A DNA stretch of 56,592 nt, the filler included, from Basidioascus undulatus (taxonomy: Eukaryota), in NCBI GenBank assembly GCA_000826855.1. It is 6 parts of 6 records of this genome, joined end to end, with 100 filler letters (N's around TTAATTAATTAA, not from the genome) between each part and the next. Parts side by side here need not be neighbours in the genome. Positions count along the whole stretch, not along the records: positions 9,484 to 18,853 come from JTLS01001259.1; positions 18,954 to 28,317 come from JTLS01001260.1; 4 more parts are not named here. One strand, 5' to 3'. Below the pieces are notes generated by a model. That model was not told the DNA's origin, ran no database searches, and worked only from the letters and a program-made list of their open reading frames with translations. A program made the position numbers and the translations under genes. Positions 13,211 through 23,693 of this stretch are shown here, in pieces (position 1 is the first letter of the stretch; every line of letters starts with the position of its first letter).

Positions 13211-13600
13211 ATGCACGTCCCAGACCCCCCCCATTCCAACCCCAACCCCTACACGCAAAGTTCCTCCCCCTGCCTCATAGTAAGGGGGTTGGTTCCCAAT
13301 GCGGCATTTATAGCTGGGGGGGCTGTGCTCGGGGGCGCTGTGCTCGTCCGTATGGCACAGAAGCAATCGACCACGCCCGAACTTAACCTGATGTTGGTTG
13401 GCATCGCGTTTATCGTCCTTGGTGGGCTGTTTGAGGTAGGCTTGATTGTCCTGTTACTCTTGGTTCATTTGGGGGTAGTGCGGGTGCCTGGTCAGGAACC
13501 TTCAAGAGCAGGGGAGGCGGAGGGGGGGGTCAGCGGGAAATGGCGAGGAGAAAGGACGATGTCGAGGGTGGGCGTTAGGGTGATGCAGAGTACCGTGTGA
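13211..13600 (+). CDS. Array copy C: small two-helix membrane protein, most intact copy
   Basis: MHVPDPPHSNP...AAFIAGGAVLGGAVLVRMAQK...LMLVGIAFIVLGGLFEVGLIVLLLLVHLGVV. The family C-terminus EMARRKDDVEGGR* (TAG 13576-13578) is out of frame after a G8 run at 13522-13529. Confidence 0.7.
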   Translation: MHVPDPPHSNPNPYTQSSSPCLIVRGLVPNAAFIAGGAVLGGAVLVRMAQKQSTTPELNLMLVGIAFIVLGGLFEVGLIVLLLLVHLGVVRVPGQEPSRAGEAEGGVSGKWRGERTMSRVGVRVMQSTV

Positions 13601-14359
13601 CCATGTACTATTACTTTACCAATCAGTTGGACTGATTATGGAGAGGTGACCGTGAACAAAAGCACCATTTCCACGTCCGCTGCCTCAAGAATCAGTCGCT
13701 CATTGTTGACAGTCACATTCAACTCGTCGCACTCCTCCTGTTCCAACCACCGCTTATATCAAACCCCAGGGCGGCTTTCACAAACAACCCTGGAACAAGA
13801 GTGTCAGTACCCCTTCGCAGTACGTTCGGAATGGTGCATTTGCCTCGCAAATGCAAGGTTGTGAGTGAGCATCACAGTAACGGGACTTTAGATTCCTCCC
13901 ACCCCCCCACGGAGCCACCATCTTTTGCGGCCGCCTGGTGCATTCTTAAAGTGATATGGAGTAGGAGGCGGTGCATTTCCAACTGTATCTTCCACGCAGG
14001 TAAAATTAGAATTTGTCTGCTTATGCGAGCCCAAGGCATCGCAATGGGGAGCAGTGCGGGAGGAATTGAACTTCAAAGCGCAGTCAAAGCGTAGTCGGCA
14101 AACGCGAGCTTCAGGACGTCCACTGGGTGAAATTTTGCACACTACAAAGCTATCGGCAGCGCAAGTCCTCCGCCCCAGCGTTGTTGAAGGCGGAATCAAA
14201 CTTTGCACAGTGAGATTTGGCGGGACAGCGACCCGGTGTTGGCGTCTCCCCGCCCTTCATACGACGGCAATCAGTTTGCACACCTTGCTGGGTACCACTT
14301 CTTAAACGGACCACAATTACCCGCATCCCCAACAATCCGTGTTGACTACGTCCACCCTC

Positions 14360-14728
14360 ATGCACGCCCCGAACCCACCCGCCCCGGTCTGAACCACTAC
14401 ACAAACATGGCCCTGCAGAGACATAGCCGGAGGAGTGGTGTCCGCATTATGCCTTACATTCCCCATATATGCGGGGATTCAGATGGTTTGCGCGGCACAC
14501 ACGCTATCGGGCAGCGATCATGACGGATTGTTGGTATTTGGCATCGTGCTGATTGTCTCGGGCGGGCTGATGGAGGTCGGTTTGGTTGTGTTCTGCCTCT
14601 TGGTCTGGTTTATGGAGGTGCGGGAACGTCGTCGGGGGCCGTCCAGTGCAGGTGAGATGATGGGAAAAGGCCGGGAAGGAGAGTTGAAAATAGCAAGGAG
14701 AAAGAACGATTTCGAGGGTGGACGGTAG
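14360..14728 (+). pseudogene. Array copy D: small two-helix membrane protein with in-frame TGA at codon 11
   Basis: MHAPNPPAPV* (TGA 14390-14392), then the same frame continues ...GGVVSALCLTFPIYAGIQMVCAAHTLSGSDHDGLLVFGIVLIVSGGLMEVGLVVFCLLVWF...GELKIARRKNDFEGGR*. Confidence 0.72.
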
Positions 14729-17391
14729 AGGAATGAGCGTACGGAGAACTGTCCTACTGTTGTTCTAGCTAGCAATTGGTATGATCCAGGAAACGGGGTT
14801 GTGGGCAAAAACACCAATCCCACTTCACGGTTTGGACGCTAAGAACAATCCGCGCATCATCAAAAGTCACCGTAACCTCGTCACATTCCTCCTGACTACG
14901 AAGCCAAAAACCCTCACCAAATCTTGGAAGAAATGGCTGTCTTCCCGCCAAACCCAGAACAACCGAGTGGCATCAGCACGCACTGAACGGTGCAGTCACC
15001 TCGCGACCGCAGTGTCAAGAGGACTACACGCAGCTTTTGATAAGGCCCCCGCCCCCATCTCTCTTGAAGAGCAGCGGCATCTTGCTTCTTTGATTCTTGT
15101 AGAAAAGTATGCAGTGGGAAGCGGTACACGGACTAGTTGCGGCACAACTATCAGTCCGGCATAGTGGTACTTATAATCTTGCTGCTCAAACGAGCCGCCT
15201 ATTCAACGCCACTCGCACCTCCAAAATAATTCTTACAATGAGCACTTACAAGAGATCCATTATACATCCCTTGTATCCCCCTAGGTAAATATTTCTATTA
15301 GGCCTCTAAATGTGTTTCACCCCAAATTGGAACCAAATTGGAACAACACTTACCGTCTAGCTGAATCCTATCCCGAGGGGGAATTGGGAGCAGCACGAGA
15401 GGAACTGGACTGCAGAGCGCGGTCGGCATCCTCCCGCGAGCTTTCTGACCTCCAGTTCCGTTGAAGTGCTCTCCTTTCATTTTAAGTATCATTCTCACCA
15501 ATATTATAACGTTTATAGCTGGCTTTTCAGCCTGGGCAGGAGCGTTTCCTCAAGCTGCAGCGGCAGATTGCAGTCACCACGCTACATGCAGATAACGTTC
15601 GCGCTTTGGTATGAGACCTAATGCATATCGTCCTAGGGATTACATAGTACATAGAGCTTATGCATAAGACACAGTATTTTTAGACGTGGAGCATGGGCAT
15701 ATGTGGGAATTGCGAGGTATCTAGCGTCCGTTGTCTAAGGTGACACAGCAACTTGAAAGTAGGAAAAGAGCGGGAAACATTGAACGTCAAGGTCGAACTC
15801 CCACAAAATAAACTGCTTCAATTCTATACGAAGTCCCTCAGCGCGAATGCGGTCATGTACAGCAGCGTTTCTCACCTGGGATCGTCTCGCGAAGTTATGT
15901 CGGCTTGTCTTGTTGCAGAACCTGCCGAGGTAGGTTTACAGGGCGGCGCGAGGCAGTACTACACTTCATGGTAAGAATATCTTACAAAACCATCGCTCAA
16001 AAGTACTCACAGGTCTCTTAGGCGATCGGCGCTTCGAAGAAGAGCCCTTCGACGTGATATCGTGTGGTTGGCCAGTTTCGTGCCCCCCACCGAGGATAGG
16101 CCCGGGGCCGGTCGGCGGCCGCCTGAGCTCCGAGGGGGAAGAGTTACTTATAGCTCCTTCCTCAGTGTACCCTGCTGTAGAATGCTCTGATACAACGAGA
16201 GAGCTGCCAGGGACGCCCTTGAAATCGGGAGCGCTGAGGTCCTCTGCCAGCACAGGCGGAGTAGCTGGCTCGCATGGAGATCAGATCAGCGACCTACCAC
16301 AGGTATACGAGTGGTAGCCTGAAGTACTTACAGCTCTGTCGTGATTCGTTTGGCTGCGATACACGCAGCTCAGTCGTCGCTACAGTTGGAGCATCCGCCG
16401 GAGGCGCGCGAGATTGAGGTGCAAAGACCTCTCGTGCAGCAAGCTGACGGGAAATATGGGGTGGGGCGGCCGTCACCACTATAACATAGTGTAAGTTATG
16501 TTCCCTCAAAATCAACACATATCATGGCTCCGAGGCGGACGTACCGCATGCGAGCGCAGCGGTCAGGAGACGGGCGAGTGAGGGCATTAAGACACAGGCC
16601 GAGTGACAAGAAACTATTCAGGAATCACGATGAGTGGTATGCAGGGTGCGATGATGGATGTAGATGTGAGCAGAGGAGAACAACACGATCCACGCTGTTA
16701 TGAAGGCCATTGCGATGCATGTCGGTCGGCCGGAACCGAGATCAGGCCACTGCGCCCGTCTCGGACAAGCATTGCATCAAGATGGGCGGCTAGTGTTGGA
16801 TAGTTCGGAGACTGTGGTACGTTGCTGCGTTTCCAGTTGTAATGGGAGGGTTGGCTGATTACGTGGATCATTCCACAGTGGATTCCACAGTGGTGCAGAG
16901 TAGAGGCCACAAGCGTGGGCACAGACCATCGGCTACGCTGCGCAACTTGGCAGCGACGACTCGGCTTTGCCCTACAACACGCCTCCTGTTTATGGTGAGG
17001 AGGCGAGATGTCTATGATTTCAACAAATTTGCAAAGGGCGCGGTACTGGAACGTGGCAACACTTCTGGGCGAGCACACCGCAGACCGAATGAGGATGCAA
17101 GCCTTACATAAGAACAGGCAATTGAAAGTGTTATCTGCAAAGTCCAGCGGAAGCCGAAACTGCAGTGGATCTATCATCAGGTCTGCGGAGTTCCTCAGAG
17201 TGCAAATGGCCAACGGTGTGACAGTCAGGTAATCATTGTCATCAATCAAGTGACAGGCTCAGCGAAAGCGAGCAATGGAGCGTCATAAGGGTATGCTATG
17301 CGATACAAACAGTCCACAAGAAAATAACGACATCTCAAAATTCCAGCTATCACAGTCCAGTCCTCCATGACCCCTCAACCGCTCCCCACCC

Positions 17392-18853
17392 TCACGACGC
17401 TTCCACCCCGCCGCCCGAAAAGCTCGCCATGACAGCCTGGACGGTCACGTCGTCCAAGCTCTGAACGAGCTCGGTCGCCCAGCGCTCGTCCATGGTCGCG
17501 CTGCTCGCGAAGGGGAACGCAGAGCCGGGCGCGGGGACGGAGACGGCGCGGCCGAGGACGCCGAAGGCCGGCATCGAGTCCATGTGCACCGGGCCGGGCG
17601 AGACGTCCACGTCCGCCCAGGGAAGGATGTCGAGCGCGCGCGCCGCGTCGGTCGGGCGCGCGAGAGGGCCGTAGAGCGAAGAGTTGCTGATGCTTTGACT
17701 GCGCAGTCAGCGGGCGAAGGGAAGGGAGAAGGCGGGAGAGGGGAGGGCTACGCACGAGCAGCCGGCGACGCCGTCGAGGAACTTCATATCCTTCGCGGAG
17801 AAGTCGCCCAACAACCCTTCCTGGGCCATGAGGAGCTTGGTGCCCTCGCGCTGTAATGAAAGCGGCGTGTTTGTCAGCTTCTCTGCCGTCGGCTCTTGAG
17901 AACAAATAGCGTACCTGACGATTCCCAATCGGCAACCGCTCCCCCAGCGCAGCGTCTGCGAGGTCCTGCTCCATCCACCCAACCCAACACCATCAGCGGC
18001 CCGCCCTCAAACCTTATCTGGGAAAGCAAATCGCAACGCACGATGACGTTCAGCTCTGCCTTAATGGCCTCCTCTGCGGCCCTATTGCCCTCCTCCTTCG
18101 CCGCCGCGCACTCGCGGATGAACACCTTCGCCGCGCTGCCCCAGCACGAGGCGGTGAAGCTCGGCAGGCGGCTGAGGTCGAACGAGGTCGCGCTCAGGTG
18201 GTACAGCGTCGAGAGGATGCCGCGCGCGGCTGTGAGGCAGCGCGTTGCGGAGGGGCACTGCGAGTAAGGCTTGGTCGCGAAGGGGTTGTCTGCCGAGGAA
18301 ATGGGGATCCAGGTAAGCATCAACACGCGTGTGGGCCAGCGTCGAGGGGAGCGCTGCACGGAGGGTGATGGTAGCGCTGCATAGAGGGGCGGAATGAGTG
18401 TGGAAGCTCCAGGGGAGGCGGAAGGACGACGCACGCAAGTGGGATGAGGTGTGCGAGATACAAGCACGCATCGAAGCGGAAGTTGCCTGTGCCGCTCATG
18501 GCCTGCAGAGGCTCCCGATACTCTTTCGGGAACGACAGTCGGAACGCTCCAATCGAGCTATCGATCATCTACCGCTCAACCAGAGCCACATAAGCACCCC
18601 GCACCCCCACGCGCCGAAGACCAGACAAGCGATGATCGACCGACCTTGAACTTGCTTGTCAGCCTCGGGTCCGACACGCCCTCGATGTCCGCCTCGCTCT
18701 CCGCCCGGTTGTTGAACTCGGCGACGCGGCCGAAGAGGACGAACGCCTTGAGCAGGAGGACGAACGAGTCTGTCCACTCGGGCGGGTGGACGGTAAGCAG
18801 GTCAGGCGAGCGCAGGTGCTGCCGACTCTCGCCGACCTGCTCGCACCGCCCCG
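17392..18853 (-). CDS. Fungal-specific transcription factor (middle-homology/C-terminal region of a Zn(II)2Cys6-type regulator), 5'-truncated at contig edge
   Basis: Spliced segments QHLRSPDLLTVHPPEWTDSFVLLLKAFVLFGRVAEFN, IDSSIGAFRLSFPKEYREP, LYLAHLIP..ATITLH, SATRCLTAARGILSTLYHLSATSFDLSRL and ALGERLPIGNRQ resemble basidiomycete Fungal_trans-type proteins. The DNA-binding domain is not in the window. Confidence 0.75.
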
Positions 18854-18953
18854 NNNNNNNNNNNNNNNNNNNNNNNNNNNNNNNNNNNNNNNNNNNNTTA
18901 ATTAATTAANNNNNNNNNNNNNNNNNNNNNNNNNNNNNNNNNNNNNNNNNNNN
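18854..18953. other. Artificial contig linker
   Basis: 44 N + TTAATTAATTAA + 44 N. Confidence 0.98.
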
Positions 18954-20164
18954 AGAACGCTTCGCATGTTTGGGCAAAGGTTCGTCTTTCCGTGTTCGTC
19001 TGTTTTTTGGGGCGAGATCGCTGAAAATGCGGTGGGGGCAGGTCATGGAGGTCCGCTTTTCCCGCTTTCGTTAGGAAGACCAAGGAGAGCGCCCGCTGAT
19101 AGAAGCGAGGGTCCCGCAGATTCGGTGGACCATCCCCAACCCCCCGCCCGTCTTCGAGAAGGTCAACGAGGCGATGAAGGGCCGCTGGGCAGCGTGCGCG
19201 CGGGACGAGGTGGGATCTTTCTTTAAATGCGATAAAGCGGGACGATCGCTCACAACGCATCGTGGCGGCAGGTCGGCTCGCTCATCGTCCAAGTAATTTT
19301 CGAGAACCTTCCCGGTGAGGAGATCGAGCGGTGTTGCGTGGACGAGGTGCGTCCCATCCTCCTTCCCCTTCCCTCTCTCTCCCTTCCTTTCCCTTCCCTT
19401 CTTCCGTCCTCACCTCACCCCTCAACCCCCGTTCGGCAGGTGCTCGCCGACCTGCCCACCTGCGCGCAATCGCACTACGCCAACTTCGTCATCTCCTACC
19501 TCCTCGAGCACGGCTCCCCCCGCCACATCGCGCGCGCCGTGGACGGGCTCGTCGGCGCCTCGGACGCGCTCGCAGCGGACACGTACGGCGCAAAGGCGCT
19601 CCTGAAGGGGTTGAAGGTCGGCGGGGAGGGGGCGATGGATGGGTTTGTGGGGAGGGTTTGTAGCGCGGGGGACGGGTACGTGCCGAATTGTTACATTTTG
19701 TTGGAGGGAGCATCGGCACTGAGGGAGGTGGGTGCGACAGACGCCGCGCCCCCCTCGTCGAGATCGTCTGCTCCGCGCCGGGCTCGCAGCTTGTCCTGCA
19801 GGTTCTTACGATGGTGCGTCCTCCTGCCCTTCCTCGCCTTCCTCCCCATCCCCGTCACGGCGCTTTACCCTCTGACGCGTACGACGCTCCCAGGTGAACC
19901 CCAAGCAGCGCGACACGCTTATTGGCGTCGTGCGTTCATCCTCCTCCTTCATCCCTCGTATAGTTTCGAGGGGCTGATCCGATGACGTCTTGCAGATCCG
20001 CCGCCATGGTGTCACAATCAAAGGCAACCAAGTTGGTATTAAGGTGTGGTGGGCCGTAGAGCGGCACGTACGTCCTACGTCCCTTGCCTTCCTATCTCCT
20101 ACTCCCCTTCTCGGGATCGCTGACGAGATCTCTGGGGTTGAAGCGCGCGTGGGGCGGTTACTAG
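18954..20164 (+). CDS. Pumilio/PUF-repeat RNA-binding protein, C-terminal part (5'-truncated)
   Basis: PUF-like helical repeats NASHVWAK, ARDEVGSLIVQVIFEN, AQSHYANFVISYLLEHG, AADTYGAKALLKGL and CSAPGSQLVLQVL. It ends IRRHGVTIKGNQVGIKVWWAVERH|RAWGGY* (TAG 20162-20164), like basidiomycete PUF C-termini. Confidence 0.8.
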
Positions 20165-20224
20165 ACTGAGTTCCTGAGGGGATGGTGAACTGGTGGAAAG
20201 GTGGAAAGCACGGCATCTGCATTA

Positions 20225-20251
20225 GCATCCGCATCGCATCGCATCGCATCG
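20225..20251 (+). repeat. (GCATC)n microsatellite in the putative PUF 3' UTR
   Basis: gcatcc gcatc gcatc gcatc gcatc g, with a related (GTATC)n tract at about 20288-20306. Confidence 0.85.
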
Positions 20252-22741
20252 CAGACGAAGGAACATCGCACACTCGCTCGCTCGGTGGATCGTATCGTAT
20301 CGCATCCGTGTCTCTGTACTTCGACTCTCGTACATGCTGCGCTCTCCCTTTCGCTCTCGTATTTGTTGTACTGTACTGCTCTTTTCCATTCCTCGTACAT
20401 GTACTGTTCGAAGGCTGTCATTGTGTTTCACTGTCGCTTTTGGATGGGAGCGTGTACGTTGCGTGTGAGAAGATGCTACTCACCCACGGGATCCGACGCT
20501 TTGCTTTTTGAGGCGGTGATTCTCGCGGGTGGCTGGTGCTCCCCGGGACTGAGAAAGGCAAAGAAGAGAGGGTGTATGGATGGCTATGAAAGTCGGCAGC
20601 AGGTCACAGCGTCAGCAACCTAAGATTGGACGACTGCATGGAATGGCCAGGAGGCTGTGGGTTGCTCTGGCACGCAGTTACTACAAATATCTAATAATTC
20701 TGGGCATTAATTATATCCCGCTTTAAAAGTTCTCTTAAGAAAGCTAGAGCGAACCTCAGCATGTCCAACAACCTGATCCGTGACACCGCTCAGCGCTCGT
20801 GTTTCGGCACACTTGCTGGTGAGTGGGTTCTGTAAGTCACTCTTCTCTTCATTGTGTTAATCGGCATTTTAATACTGCTGACAAAGTACAGGCGTGTCAG
20901 AGAGAGCCTCACCCTCAACACATGGGATCGGCAACAGGTCGCTTCGGAGGTCACAGTTGCGTTATAGGACGGAGCTTGGATGCTGAATTCGGGGACGAGG
21001 TCGAGGCGTCTGGGAGCTATAAAAAGCGGGGAAAGGGCACTGATACCGCCTGCGAACTGGAAACATATGATGACGGAAGGGTTGCAGCAGTTATTTGGGC
21101 AGAATCTTGGATCTGCGGTACGCCCTGTGTCTCTCTCTCGTCACCAGGCATTCGTTCGACCACCCCACCACCATCTCCACAGGAAGAAATTCACAAAAAA
21201 GGCACCCTGGCAAAACCCAGCTGCTCTCGTATTGCATCACCCACTAAATGACTACTCTACAAAACCCAACCCCGGTTCTTCCTCGATCGCCTTGAGCTGC
21301 GACTCCCGGCCGCCATGCGGGCATCAACGACGCTCTCGAACCGCACACCACCCCTGTCTTTCCCCTGAAATACAATGACATTCTCCCCTCCGGCAAGCGT
21401 CGCTTCCCCCTCGTCCACCGCCACTGGTCCTACGTTGCGATTGTTGCTCTCGGGATGGACAAGGCTGAGGTTGAACCCATGATGGTGTGCCCATTTTTCT
21501 CAATCCACAACTGGCGGACCCCTCACCAAAGCAAGTTACATTTCACCAGATGTATGCCGTCTGATTTGCCTCCTGCCTGAACCCGCACGTAGGGCTGCAC
21601 CAGCAGCAGGACGACGGGACGATCGAGTAAGCCTGTGTTTCCCAATCGCCTAATCCACCCCGACTGGCAATGTTTTATCGCACACTCCATAGTTGACAGA
21701 GAGCTTTCCTGGTCTACGTAGAGCTATGGGATAAGGAGATGATGCCCCATCTCGATTTTTGGGTGTTGGAGCAGGCTTCGAAGGCTGTGGAGGACGGTTG
21801 CGTTGTTCAGTCAGATCTGTGAAGAAAAGGTTTTCCCAGCCGTCCACAGCAGCGAAACTTACTAAGCTTTTGGTATACCTCCCGTGGCTGCTCTCATGTT
21901 CCCGCTCCATGCATGCACTACGCTTCCCCACGAAGAATGTCGGGCCTGCATCCACACCGTGTCACCAACCACGATGGCGTCTTCACAGTCGTGCTTCCAT
22001 AGACCCTGATTAACGAACACTTGCGTCAACAGTTTGTTTTGAGGTAATGGGTTGCCGGATCCCGTTCAGCGGCAGACAGTCGTCGGACAGGAGCCGCGGC
22101 TGGGAGAAGCTGGCAACCGCCTTCGCTTGCTACGCTCGTTCTTCCCAAGATCAAATGAAGCCAGATGTGCCGAACCGGGCTTTACAGGAGCGATTTCCGG
22201 CTGCTACATGCACGGGGGATGATCGAAGGGCTTCAATACTGGTCTATCTCGCTTTGCATTGACGGGTGGGATGTTTGCGTTGACGGGTGGGACCATCGGG
22301 CTGTCCTCGATTATGTCATCGGGCCGAGATCCTGCTGAGGGAAGGGTATGGTTTAATTTTAATTTTTGATCAGGCGGCTGTGGTCGACCTTGGGAGCTGC
22401 TGGAGAGCGAAATTTCGGGAAACGCTGCGTCTCGACTGCGCTGTGATGAATCTATCTGCTTTGCAAAACGCCCTGCACGTCTGGTCTAAGGAGAGTTTCT
22501 CCCTCCCAAGTCCCCAGAAAGCTCTTTCTTTTATATTTTCGGACTACGCTGGGCATCTGGGCAGGCATACAAACGGCGTGGCTCTGATAGACGGAGCGGA
22601 GCTTCATCTTCAGCTGGCTCTGAGTCTCGTGCGGCCCTCTTCTTTGTTACCGCAGGATTAATCCCAGAGTGGAATAAAGAACTATTTCGCTCCCAGGAGA
22701 CCAATCATGGCGGACTTCCACGGACGTTGTTGGATTGCGAT

Positions 22742-23432
22742 TTCACCATGAGCCATGGTCTCCTCCCTCCTCTTCCTCCTCCCCCGCCTCTTCTTCCTCC
22801 GAATTGTTGCTCAACTCGATAACCTCACTCCGCCGCTAACACCTTTCCTCCGGCTCCTCCTCGACCTTGTCGTCCTCCTCCACGCACTCCATGAGGTCCG
22901 AGTTGACCCAATGCAGCCCGCGCCCATTCTTCCCGCGCGGTATCCCGTCCTCTCCCTCCGCCAGACCATGTTGCCCCCCCACGGCAGCGGCGAGTCGTGC
23001 TCGGCCCATTCGTCCTATCCCGGCTCGTCCTCCATCTCGTCCTCCGTCATGTCCTCCTCAGCGTCCGCACCGCATGGTGCTGCTGATCCTCCTCCCGCAC
23101 CTTCCTGTTCGCCTCCGCCCACGCGCTCCAGAGCTGCGTGTTCTCCCTGATGAACCCTGTCTTCCACCGCACATTGTATGCGGCCAAGAGCCGCGTGCGA
23201 CGCTTTTTCCCGAGGCGCGCGCCGATGAGCGCGCGCACGCGCTCGAGCAGGACGTAGTTTGTCCGCGAGGAGGAGGGGGTGATCCAGAGGTGGGCGGTGT
23301 ACCACTGTACGAGGTCATCGGATTATGAGGGTAGGAGGACGGGCACTTTGACGGGATGGGGACGGGTGGGAGCCGGCTTCGCAGGGGAGTGCGGCTTCTT
23401 GCCGAGCTTCGCTTGCCCAAGGCTTTCGCCAT
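22742..23432 (-). pseudogene. Decayed, apparently intronless ORF with basic N-terminus and acidic C-terminus, product unknown
   Basis: Coding-like segments in changing frames (MAKALG/AKLGKKPHSP..., VQWYTAHLWITP...NVRWKTGFIRENTQLWSAWAEANRK, DAEEDMTEDEMEDEPG, ECVEEDDKVEEEPEE, SEEEEAGEEEEEGG) separated by stops and frameshifts. TATA-like TATATA about 40 nt upstream. Confidence 0.5.
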
Positions 23433-23615
23433 GGAGGTGCTTGCGATAAGGAGAGAAACTAGAATTCGGGGGTATATAGGCGTCGGAGGGGGCTGTAGTC
23501 GTAGAGAGAACCTAGAGGGGAAAGCCAAGGGAGAACGAAGGAGAGGCTTCTCCTTGGGCGTTAGTCAATAGAGGGCGTGTCACTCATATAATAAGAAACA
23601 GCTCTCACTCAATGA

Positions 23616-23693
23616 GCTTGGCTGGGGTAGTGGTAACCTGGGTCGTTGCCATCCGAAATCGACCCGCCCCGTGTTCGATTCACGGGTCAAGCA
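23616..23693 (+). tRNA. tRNA-Gly(GCC) with a 7-nt intron in the anticodon loop
   Basis: Acceptor GCTTGGC/GTCAAGC + A; D stem GGGT/ACCT; anticodon stem GGTCG/CGACC with TT-GCC-A followed by 7 extra nt; T arm CCGTG-TTCGATT-CACGG; T5 terminator at 23697-23701; TATAAT about 30 nt upstream. Confidence 0.95.

Larger units (their letters stand above)
10730..14950 (+). repeat. Tandem array of four diverged ~1.07-1.15 kb units, each with a conserved upstream block, a small membrane-protein ORF and a conserved downstream block
   Basis: Shared motifs in all units: G(C/T)GGAATC at 10887/11964/13041/14190, ATGCA(C/T)G at 11077/12149/13211/14360, an IV(L/S)GGLxEV coding segment, ATGGCGAGGAGAAAG-like C-terminal coding and TGTTGTTCT...AGAA(C/T)CA downstream. 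Array ends are approximate. Confidence 0.9.

Noticed and set aside
12422..14392. Premature TAG/TGA in array copies B and D as programmed readthrough or A-to-I editing sites
   Set aside because: The stops are at different positions, the TAG aligns to a Glu codon rather than Trp, and other copies have frameshifts. Ordinary decay is the simpler explanation.
10730..14950. Array as a CRISPR-like locus, LTR element or pheromone-precursor locus
   Set aside because: Units are about 1.1 kb and diverged along their length, with no short identical repeat-spacer pattern, no RT or integrase, and no CAAX ends or repeated peptide cassettes.
16869..16893. 12-bp tandem duplication ATTCCACAGTGG and the 183-codon minus-strand ORF around it
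   Set aside because: Only two copies; the ORF has no recognisable motifs or the GC-rich codon bias of the real genes.
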